Positions 1 to 5,668 are shown, counted from the stretch's first letter. The stretch is DNA of 6,114 nt from Patescibacteria group bacterium (GCA_023480925.1 JAMCWY010000004.1:1-6114); one strand, 5' to 3'. Notes: generated by a model not told the origin, from the letters alone. Program-made: numbers and translations.

Positions 1-56
1 TTAAGTTCGACCTCTTGAGTCAGCCGACCGATTAAAAAAACTTTATTTAAATTCAT
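1..56 (-). CDS. ssb: single-stranded DNA-binding protein, N-terminal fragment (gene runs off the left edge)
   Basis: A reverse-strand ATG at 56..54 is followed by MNLNKVFLIGRLTQEVEL. This matches the canonical SSB N-terminus (M-x-x-NKV-x-LIGRL...E-L). It lies directly downstream of rpsF, as in the conserved rpsF-ssb-rpsR operon. Only 18 codons are visible and the ORF is absent from the supplied track because it is truncated. Confidence 0.6.
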   Translation of the reverse strand, partial: MNLNKVFLIGRLTQEVEL

Positions 57-126
57 GGCTAAGTATTAAACTTTTAATTTTAAAAAATTTTCCTTGGTCT
101 TAGTTTCAAATTTTGATTTGTCCAAA

Positions 127-495
127 TCAGCCCGACTGACCGGCGACGTTGTTTCCGCGCTCAAATTGTTTTTCCGGCCGTTCTAATTTTTCTTTAGTCA
201 AAAGACTTTCTTTTTTCCTGAATGTAGCCAAACGCAATATGTTTTTATTTAACCTTAATTCTTTCTCGATCGCCTTGATTTTATTTTCATTGTCGCCAAA
301 CTTAAAAACAATCAAGCTGTATGAACCGAGCGTTTGTTTCAAAATCGGATAGGCCAGTCGTTTCTTTTTCGGTAGCGTCTTTTGGACAATCTCGGCGCCG
401 AAGCCCTTGATTACGCCAGAAATTTTTTCATCTTCTTTTTCAATATCGGCGTCCAAGCCAAGCCAGAAATTTAATTCGTAAACAAATTTTGTCAT
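127..495 (-). CDS. rpsF: 30S ribosomal protein S6
   Basis: The track ORF 127..540 begins at a TTG. The internal ATG at 495..493 gives MTKFVYELNFWL..., which aligns with the S6 N-terminus (M-x-x-YE-hydrophobic-x-F). The core KKKRLAYPILKQTLGSYSLIVFKF matches the S6 signature (R-x-LAYPI-x-K...G-x-Y). The stop is TGA at 129..127 and ssb follows downstream. Confidence 0.85.
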   Translation of the reverse strand: MTKFVYELNFWLGLDADIEKEDEKISGVIKGFGAEIVQKTLPKKKRLAYPILKQTLGSYSLIVFKFGDNENKIKAIEKELRLNKNILRLATFRKKESLLTKEKLERPEKQFERGNNVAGQSG

Positions 496-544
496 TATTA
501 ATTTAATTTTACCCAAACAGGATTTAATTTTAAATCTCAATCCT

Positions 545-553
545 ATTTTACCA
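545..553 (-). promoter_or_regulatory. candidate extended -10 promoter element for rpsF (TGgTAAAAT on the minus strand)
   Basis: The reverse complement of 545..553 reads TGGTAAAAT, which fits the TGnTAnAAT extended -10 pattern. It lies about 50 nt upstream of the rpsF ATG. No convincing -35 is present. This is a sequence-pattern call only. Confidence 0.3.
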
Positions 554-559
554 TATAAT
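554..559 (+). promoter_or_regulatory. candidate -10 box (TATAAT) for the 602..1363 gene
   Basis: A perfect TATAAT lies 43 nt upstream of the ATG at 602. It sits back-to-back with the minus-strand TAAAAT element, as expected for a divergent promoter pair. The -35 region is weak (TTAAAT/TAAATC). Confidence 0.3.
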
Positions 560-587
560 TAATTTAGCCTCCTTAAAAACCTAATTG

Positions 588-593
588 AAAGGA
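588..593 (+). promoter_or_regulatory. ribosome-binding site (AAAGGA) for the 602..1363 gene
   Basis: The purine-rich AAAGGA ends 8-9 nt before the ATG at 602. Confidence 0.45.
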
Positions 594-601
594 AAAAACA
601 A

Positions 602-1363
602 ATGTTTATTGACCGACGCGAATTTATCGCGCTCGCGGCCGCCGGCGGCCTTAGTTTAATTCTCGATGGCTGCGGCAGCGGCGGCGGTCCAACCCAACCC
701 GACCTGGTTTTGACCGGGACCGAGAGCGACGCCCAAACGCTCGCGGACCAATTTCATCAGCTCGAAGACTTGGCCAAAAATCCCGGTGATCATTATCGAG
801 TCGGCTTCAACCCTAACAGCCGCGCCGCCGAAGTTCTTGATTTTTCGATCCAACCAAAAAATGACTTCGCCGCTTACCCTCATCTTCAAGTCCGGCGAGA
901 ATCAACCGGCGAGACAGCCAACTTGGTTTTTTGGCGAAAAGATTTGAGTCCAGGAGTTCGTTTTGTCGACAGCCAAGGCAAAACTTTAGTTAAAAATAAC
1001 CGGCCGATCGAACTGAGTCTGGCCGACTTTAGCCAAAACCGGTCCCTGCCAACAACGGCGGCCGATTGGATCAAACTTGGCGTCGAAGTCGCAGCCATTG
1101 CTTTTGCCATCTGGCTCGGCGCCAAAATCGCTGGCTGGATTTTGGCCGCAATTGCCTTTGTCGCATTCAACTTGATGGTCCTGGCCATAGTCGTCGCGGC
1201 GGTTGCGGTCGTCGCGCCGCTGGTAGAATGGCTAATCAGGGTCACCGGCCTTAATTGGCAAAACGTTAAAAACTTCTTCGACCAGCTCGTAAGCCAGATA
1301 GTCCAGCTTTTTCAGGGTATCGCCAATCTGCTACAGCGCCAAGGCCTTGCCCCAACCAATTAG
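602..1363 (+). CDS. predicted Tat-signal lipoprotein with a C-terminal double-span hydrophobic region; function unknown
   Basis: The 253-aa ORF has an ATG start and an RBS. Its N-terminus MFIDRREFIALAAAGGLSLILDGCGSGGG carries a twin-arginine motif (RR-x-F-I, compare consensus S/T-RR-x-F-L-K). An h-region follows, then a lipobox-like L-D-G-C with Cys24 and a Gly/Ser/Pro linker. Residues about 163-212 form roughly 50 consecutive, mostly apolar residues, enough for two membrane spans. An amphipathic tail follows. A rho-independent terminator lies downstream. I recognise no family for the middle domain. Confidence 0.75.
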   Translation: MFIDRREFIALAAAGGLSLILDGCGSGGGPTQPDLVLTGTESDAQTLADQFHQLEDLAKNPGDHYRVGFNPNSRAAEVLDFSIQPKNDFAAYPHLQVRRESTGETANLVFWRKDLSPGVRFVDSQGKTLVKNNRPIELSLADFSQNRSLPTTAADWIKLGVEVAAIAFAIWLGAKIAGWILAAIAFVAFNLMVLAIVVAAVAVVAPLVEWLIRVTGLNWQNVKNFFDQLVSQIVQLFQGIANLLQRQGLAPTN

Positions 1364-1407
1364 GTTAAAAACTGTTAAATTGGACCAGTACCTGTTTGTT
1401 GTTTCAC

Positions 1408-1442
1408 GGCCGCCCGGCTTGATGGCGGCCTTTTTATTTTTT
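1408..1442 (+). terminator. rho-independent terminator of the 602..1363 gene
   Basis: GGCCGCC (1408-1414) pairs perfectly with GGCGGCC (1424-1430) across a 9-nt loop. This is followed by TTTTTATTTTTT (1431-1442). On the minus strand the hairpin is not followed by a U-run, so it mainly serves the plus strand. Confidence 0.75.
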
Positions 1443-1447
1443 AGCCC

Positions 1448-1933
1448 CTATTTAAAAATTCTCCGATAAAAGTGATCGAAGACGCTGATGGCGTTGACGT
1501 ATTCGTTTAAAAATTGTCGCAAGGTTGACCTTAACTCGTTGACGTCGATATAATCCTCCAGAGGCAGATCGAGATTAGAGTGAAAGTGATGTTTGGGAAT
1601 AAAAAAAATTATATCGCGCTCGCCGTTATGAAAAATTTCAAAGCCGTTAAAATTATCCCAGGGGTAAAATTTTTCATTCAAGCCGACGCCGCTTTTCTCA
1701 ATCTTAATTCTCAATTCGCTCGGTTCGTAAAAAATCGGGTGGAAGAAAAAAATCAGAGCGAGGAAAGAGATGACTAGAAAAAGAAAATCTTTGGCGATAA
1801 TGGCGAAAACGATCGAAACGCCGACGACAACGCCCCAAAACAGGTGCCACAGAATATCGCCGTAGGGATGGGAGTAGTGCGACAAAGTTATCCAACTAAA
1901 TTTAAAATCAGGAAGATGATCAGCTCGAGCCAT
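1448..1933 (-). CDS. hypothetical membrane protein (two predicted TM helices plus a soluble C-terminal domain)
   Basis: This is a long ORF. I prefer the ATG at 1933..1931 (MARADHLPDFKFSW...) over the track's TTG at 1954. The hydrophobic stretches WHLFWGVVVGVSIVFAIIA and FLFLVISFLALIFFF are followed by a roughly 95-aa soluble domain. The F-x-W ... 2-TM ... beta-rich domain layout resembles small conserved hypothetical proteins common in Patescibacteria. That resemblance is from memory and is not a database hit. Confidence 0.65.
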   Translation of the reverse strand: MARADHLPDFKFSWITLSHYSHPYGDILWHLFWGVVVGVSIVFAIIAKDFLFLVISFLALIFFFHPIFYEPSELRIKIEKSGVGLNEKFYPWDNFNGFEIFHNGERDIIFFIPKHHFHSNLDLPLEDYIDVNELRSTLRQFLNEYVNAISVFDHFYRRIFK

Positions 1934-2218
1934 TTCAATTAAATTATAAACCAAACTTTTAATTTTAAACCAGCGCGCTAAAATTTAATCCTTCGAAATT
2001 TGTTTGATTCTAACTCGCTGCTCCAACCGCGATTTTCCCTCGGTTTACATTCTCAGCCCTTCCAACGAAAGCTGACCGCCGCCTCGAGCCGGGTCGGCCC
2101 ATTCTGACTGGACAAGCGCCGAACTAACCCAACTCCGGAAACTACTCCCCCCAGATAGATCGCGACTGAACTTAACTCGATCGCTATTAATTATTTTCAA
2201 AGCAACATTTGGAAATTA

Positions 2219-2361
2219 AGAAAATTCTAACTTCTTCGAAGACGACTCTCGGAGGCCGCTCGCGGCTTGGTTCCAAAGGGCGCGAGCGCCGAGAGCGTAG
2301 GCTGGGCCGAGCCGCTGGAGCGCGACAACAGCCGACGCCTGAAAATAAGTTAGAATTTTTT
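2219..2361. repeat. inverted-repeat-bounded GC-rich structured element (candidate ncRNA or MITE/REP-like palindromic element)
   Basis: A perfect 13-bp inverted repeat pairs AAAATTCTAACTT (2221-2233) with AAGTTAGAATTTT (2347-2359). It extends to 15 pairs if 2219-2361 (A-T) and 2220-2360 (G-T, a wobble only in plus-strand RNA) are included. The enclosed core 2241-2340 is 72/100 G+C by hand count, against 12/50 in the flank 2191-2240. The core forms two hairpins. In hairpin 1, 2246-2252 pairs with 2289-2295 (7 bp) and 2257-2264 pairs with 2281-2288 (8 bp). In hairpin 2, 2296-2304 pairs with 2329-2337 (8 of 9). The existence of the repeat is certain; its function is unknown. Confidence 0.4.
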
Positions 2362-2461
2362 GAACTAACCACTCAAGTGAAATCGCGATTGGGCCAAAGA
2401 AAGTAAAAAACTGGCTAAGTTTAAATAAATTAGAATTCTTTAAATCAATTACCAGTGCGTT

Positions 2462-2474
2462 TGTATAATATAAT
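2462..2474 (+). promoter_or_regulatory. candidate leuS promoter -10 region (two overlapping TATAAT boxes)
   Basis: TTGTATAATATAAT contains TATAAT at 2464-2469, preceded by TG, and again at 2469-2474. The leuS ATG is only 15-20 nt downstream, implying a very short leader. The only SD-like element is a weak AGG at 2484-2486. Confidence 0.4.
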
Positions 2475-2489
2475 ATCAGATATAGGCAA

Positions 2490-4910
2490 ATGGATTATCC
2501 TTTTAAAAAAATCGAGCGAAAATGGCAATCAGTCTGGCAAAAAAATAATTTTTCGATTTGGCGGGCGAAAGATTTTGGCCCAAAGAAAAAAATTTACATC
2601 CTCGATATGTTCCCTTATCCCTCGGGCGAAGGCCTTCATGTCGGCCACACCGAAGGTGAAACTGGCAGCGATATTTTAAGCCGCTACAGTCGAATGAATG
2701 ATTATAATGTTCTCCACCCGATGGGTTGGGATGCTTTTGGTTTGCCCGCGGAAAACTACGCCATCAAGATGAAAAAAAATCCGATGACGTTTATCTCGAA
2801 AAATATTGCCACCTTCAAAAAGCAACAGCGAAGCATTGGCTTAAGCTTCGATTGGTCGCGCGAGATCAACACGACCGATCCGAATTATTACAAATGGACC
2901 CAGTTAATTTTTCTCAAACTTTTTGAAAAAGGTTTAGCTTACAAGGCCGAGGCGCCGATTAATTTTTGTCCCTCCTGTAAAACCGGCTTGGCCAACGAGG
3001 AGGTTGTCGAGGGCAAGTGCGAACGTTGCGGCGCCGAGACAACGATAAAAAATTTAAACCAGTGGCACCTTAAGATTACTGCTTACGCCGAGAGGCTTTT
3101 AAACGATCTCGACAAACTTAATTGGCCGGAAAACATCAAAGAACTCCAACGCAACTGGATTGGCCGAAGCGAAGGCTATGAAATTGACTTCCCGATTGAA
3201 TTTTCAGACAAAAAAATTCGGGTTTTTACCACTCGAGCCGACACGATTTACGGCGCGACATTCTTGGTTCTCGCCCCGGAACACAATTTTTGCCTTAAAC
3301 TAGCCAAAGACGATTATTATTTTTTGGTTGAACGATATTTAAAGAAAACCGCCCGGCAAGACAAAACCGAAACGACCGGCGTTTTTACCGGCAGTCACGC
3401 CATTCATCCGTTAACAGGCGACCGTTTGCCGATATGGATCAGCGATTATGTTTTAGGCGGATATGGTTCGGCCGCGATTATGGCCGTACCCGCCCACGAC
3501 AAACGCGATTATGTTTTCGCGAAAAAATTTTCTCTGCCAATTAAACAAGTCATTCAGATACCGAACGAAAAGGGGCTGCCCTTTGAAAATTACGGCCAGC
3601 TCCTTAACTCGGAAGAATTCACCGACCTAAGCTCAAAAGAGGCGGCCAATCAAATCGGCAACTATTTGAAAAAAATCGGTTTGGGCAAAATGACGATCAA
3701 GTACAGATTGCGCGATTGGATTTTTTCCAGGCAGCGCTACTGGGGCGAACCAATTCCGCTGGTCAACTGTCCCAGGTGCGGCATCGTCCCGTTAAAGGAA
3801 AAAGATCTGCCTTTAAAGTTGCCAAAACTTAAGACTTACGCTCCAACCGGCACGGGCGAATCGCCCCTAAAAAACGCTGAGGCTTGGGTTAAAACCAGAT
3901 GCCCAAGATGTCACAGACCGGCTCGGCGCGAAACCGACACGATGCCAAACTGGGCCGGCTCGTGTTGGTACTACATCAGATACATCGATCCAAAAAATAA
4001 AAAATCTTTGGCGGACAAGAAAAAACTCAAAACTTGGTTGCCCGTTGATGTTTACGTTGGCGGAGTTGAACACGCCGTCCTCCATCTTCTTTACGCTCGT
4101 TTCTGGCACAAGTTTCTTTACGACCTCAAAATTGTCGCGACCGACGAACCGTTTCAAAAATTAGTTAACCAAGGCATCGTCCTCGGCCCGGACAACCAAA
4201 AGATGTCAAAGTCGAAAGGTAATGTCGTCAATCCAGACTCGATCGTGAAAAAATACGGCGCCGACTCGCTTCGGCTTTTTTTGATGTTTATGGGTCCGTT
4301 CGAAGCGATCAAAAGTTGGGACGAAAAAAATATCAACGGCGTTCATCGATTTTTAATCCGCCTCCATCGCTTTGGCCAAAGACTGAAAGCGCGCTCGGAC
4401 AAGACCGAGACGAAAATCGCCGCCCGAAAAAAAACCGAGGCGCTCGAACGGCTCAATTGGACAACCGTCAAGGTCAGCCACGACATCGAAACATTTAATT
4501 TCAACACCGCCATCAGCGCCAGTATGGAATTTTTGAATTACCTTGAAGATAATAAAATTTATTCGAAAAAAATTTTTCTTGATCTGGTCAAACTGCTTTT
4601 TCCTTTTGCCCCTCACCTCAGCCAGGAAATTTGGTCAAACTTGGGCAAAAAAACCATTTTAGATAAAGAAAAATGGCCAAAAACAAAAACGAAAAGCGCC
4701 GGACCGCGAAAAATAACTCTAATTGTCCAATTCAACGGCAAGAAGAAAACCAGTTTGGTCGTTGACGCAGACAAAGAATTCGACGAAATCAAAAACATGG
4801 TTTTGGCCGAACCGAAAGTCAGAACCAATCTTAAAAACGCCGTTTTGATTAAAACCGTTTACGTCAAAAACGCCGTGGTTAATTTTGTCGTTAAACCCAA
4901 AACGGAATGA
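2490..4910 (+). CDS. leuS: leucine--tRNA ligase (leucyl-tRNA synthetase)
   Basis: The 806-aa ORF carries the class I HIGH motif (PYPSGEGLHVGH) and KMSKS (QKMSKSKGN). It has the LeuRS editing-domain signature TTRADTIYGATFLVLAPEH ... AIMAVPAHDKRDYVFA and the Zn-binding pairs CPSC...CERC and CPRC...CPRCH. It also has RETDTMPNWAGSCWYY and a C-terminal VQFNGKKK domain. Length and motif order are typical of bacterial LeuRS. Confidence 0.97.
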   Translation: MDYPFKKIERKWQSVWQKNNFSIWRAKDFGPKKKIYILDMFPYPSGEGLHVGHTEGETGSDILSRYSRMNDYNVLHPMGWDAFGLPAENYAIKMKKNPMTFISKNIATFKKQQRSIGLSFDWSREINTTDPNYYKWTQLIFLKLFEKGLAYKAEAPINFCPSCKTGLANEEVVEGKCERCGAETTIKNLNQWHLKITAYAERLLNDLDKLNWPENIKELQRNWIGRSEGYEIDFPIEFSDKKIRVFTTRADTIYGATFLVLAPEHNFCLKLAKDDYYFLVERYLKKTARQDKTETTGVFTGSHAIHPLTGDRLPIWISDYVLGGYGSAAIMAVPAHDKRDYVFAKKFSLPIKQVIQIPNEKGLPFENYGQLLNSEEFTDLSSKEAANQIGNYLKKIGLGKMTIKYRLRDWIFSRQRYWGEPIPLVNCPRCGIVPLKEKDLPLKLPKLKTYAPTGTGESPLKNAEAWVKTRCPRCHRPARRETDTMPNWAGSCWYYIRYIDPKNKKSLADKKKLKTWLPVDVYVGGVEHAVLHLLYARFWHKFLYDLKIVATDEPFQKLVNQGIVLGPDNQKMSKSKGNVVNPDSIVKKYGADSLRLFLMFMGPFEAIKSWDEKNINGVHRFLIRLHRFGQRLKARSDKTETKIAARKKTEALERLNWTTVKVSHDIETFNFNTAISASMEFLNYLEDNKIYSKKIFLDLVKLLFPFAPHLSQEIWSNLGKKTILDKEKWPKTKTKSAGPRKITLIVQFNGKKKTSLVVDADKEFDEIKNMVLAEPKVRTNLKNAVLIKTVYVKNAVVNFVVKPKTE

Positions 4911-5290
4911 TCAAACCGGCCGCGGCCAAACTTTCAACCAAAAGCATCGGCCAAACGGGTGAGAAGTTGGCGGAAAAATTTTTGGTTAAAAAAGGTTTTA
5001 TGATTTTGGCGAGAAATTGTTGGTTAAAAAATTTTGGCGAGATTGATTTAATCTGCCGCCGCAATCGAACAACTCACTTCGTCGAAGTCAAAACGATTAC
5101 GTTTAAACCGGGCGAAACCTTTCGGGCCGAAGATCACTTTAACTCGAAGAAAAAATTTAAATTGGAAAAATTAATTTCTTTTTATCTCAACAAAAACAAG
5201 ATCGAGGAAAAATCACAACTTGACCTGATCGCCATCACGATTAATCAATCAAAGCATTCGGCCAAAATTAAACATTATCAAAATGTTTAG
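4907..5290 (+). CDS. yraN: YraN / UPF0102 family protein (PD-(D/E)xK nuclease-like fold)
   Basis: The 127-aa ORF contains GEKLAEKFLVKKGFMILARNCW..FGEIDLICRR....HFVEVKT. This matches the UPF0102 pattern G-x-x-x-E-x-x-A-x-x-(Y/F)L-x-x-x-G-x-x-IL-x-RN ... GEIDLI ... (F/V)VEVK. Its ATG overlaps the leuS TGA (ATGA at 4907-4910). Confidence 0.85.
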   Translation: MIKPAAAKLSTKSIGQTGEKLAEKFLVKKGFMILARNCWLKNFGEIDLICRRNRTTHFVEVKTITFKPGETFRAEDHFNSKKKFKLEKLISFYLNKNKIEEKSQLDLIAITINQSKHSAKIKHYQNV

Positions 5291-5570
5291 GCGAACAGGA
5301 TTAAAATTCATTATTGGCGCTGAAATTTTAATTAGTATTATTTTGGCTGTTTTAATTATCCGGGCGAAATCAAACAGCCAGCCGCTCCAAACCGACTACC
5401 GAAATTATTCCGCCTCGTTTCAAAGACTCATCCAAGAAAACCAGAATTTAAAAAATTGGCTTGATTATTTAAAAAATCCGGAAAACGTCCAGAAGGAGCT
5501 GAAAAAAAAATTCGGCCTGGCTCAACCCGACGAAAAAGTTATTATCTTCCCGAACCAAACCAATTATTAA
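5283..5570 (+). CDS. FtsB/DivIC-like septum formation initiator family protein (small bitopic membrane protein)
   Basis: The 95-aa ORF has an N-terminal TM segment (LKFIIGAEILISIILAVLII) followed by a coiled-coil-like stretch (LIQENQNLKNWLDYLKNPENVQKELKKKFGLAQPDEKVIIF). This resembles the DivIC/FtsB pattern (EN-x-x-L ... L-x-x-P-x-x-(I/V)-E-x-x-A-R-x-x-(L/F)G-x-x-x-P-x-E). It overlaps the yraN-family stop by 8 nt. The call rests on motif resemblance only. Confidence 0.55.
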   Translation: MFRRTGLKFIIGAEILISIILAVLIIRAKSNSQPLQTDYRNYSASFQRLIQENQNLKNWLDYLKNPENVQKELKKKFGLAQPDEKVIIFPNQTNY

Positions 5571-5646
5571 TTTTGACAGCCTTGGACAATTTTTAATTAA
5601 ATCAAATACTGTTTTAATCTAAACTAATTCCCGCGAGTAAACCATC

Positions 5647-5668
5647 TTTCGCATTCTTGGTTGCGAAA
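5647..5668 (+). repeat. short inverted repeat / hairpin (7-bp stem, 8-nt loop); possibly a weak terminator after the FtsB-like gene
   Basis: TTTCGCA (5647-5653) pairs with TGCGAAA (5662-5668). The U-tract that follows is interrupted (TTCCACGATTTT), so a terminator function is doubtful. The 3' arm overlaps the putative -35 of the tRNA promoter. Confidence 0.25.

Noticed and set aside
149-352. A 67-aa plus-strand ORF lies antisense to rpsF.
   Set aside because: It is entirely within the well-supported S6 gene, is a low-complexity Phe/Leu/Ser-rich product, and has no RBS.
543-574. A perfect AAGGAGG on the minus strand (574..568) is followed 13 nt later by a 3-codon mini-ORF (ATG GTA AAA TAG, 554..543) upstream of rpsF. 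A 6-bp hairpin (519-524 / 539-544) lies nearby.
   Set aside because: The ATG coincides with the TG of a TGnTAAAAT extended -10 element, so the SD-like word probably lies upstream of the transcript. The spacing is long, the ORF is only 3 codons and the hairpin is weak. This cannot be distinguished from chance here.
656-1254. ORFs 656..889 (-), 886..1245 (-) and 1066..1254 (+) lie inside or antisense to the 602..1363 gene.
   Set aside because: Their products are low-complexity and Ala/Arg/Gly-rich, which is typical of spurious frames opened by locally high G+C. They are fully nested in a gene that has a coherent signal peptide, RBS and terminator.
602-1363. The GC-rich composition could be evidence of horizontal acquisition.
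   Set aside because: Synonymous preferences (AAA, CAA, TTT, AAT, GGC, GCC, ATC) look the same as in leuS. The excess G+C is largely explained by the Ala/Gly/Pro-rich amino-acid content. The flanks carry no mobility genes or repeats. HGT is not supported without genome-wide statistics.
1580-1895. ORFs 1580..1777 (+) and 1704..1895 (-) lie within the 2-TM protein gene.
   Set aside because: They are nested in, or in an alternative frame of, the longer ORF that has clear TM-helix architecture. No independent start signals are present.
2035-2056. On the minus strand, the words CUGAGA and AGGGAA occur 10 nt apart, reminiscent of the TPP (THI-box) riboswitch.
   Set aside because: The intervening pyrophosphate-sensor helix (ACCUGAUCUGGAUAAUGCCAGCG-like) is entirely missing, so the two short words are most likely coincidental.
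2187-2406. Mirror ORFs 2187..2372 (-, GTG start) and 2209..2406 (+, TTG start) encode Arg/Ser/Pro-rich peptides.
   Set aside because: Both span the palindromic GC-rich element, which keeps both strands open by symmetry. They use non-ATG starts without an RBS and give low-complexity products. A small basic protein cannot be excluded completely, but it is the less likely reading.
2455-2482. GTGCGTTTGTATAATATAATATCAGAT looks like a dif/Xer recombination site.
   Set aside because: Only about 16 of 27 positions match the E. coli dif sequence in my alignment. The well-conserved XerD arm (TTATGTTAAAT) is not matched. The AT-rich centre is better explained as the leuS -10 region.
1955-2489. The spacer could be a T-box leader regulating leuS.
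   Set aside because: No T-box sequence (GGGUGGUACCGCG-like) and no terminator/antiterminator pair lie before the start. A strong -10 region sits only 15-20 nt from the leuS ATG, so the long spacer is probably not the leuS leader.
2490-4910. There are nested ORFs in leuS (2455..2679, 2726..2926, 3867..4157, 4154..4336, 4316..4498, 4353..4616, 4613..4828) and many A7-A8 homopolymer runs.
   Set aside because: The nested ORFs are off-frame or antisense within a fully intact, motif-complete LeuRS. The A-runs encode Lys-rich segments (AAA AAA) typical of AT-leaning genomes, and the reading frame is uninterrupted.
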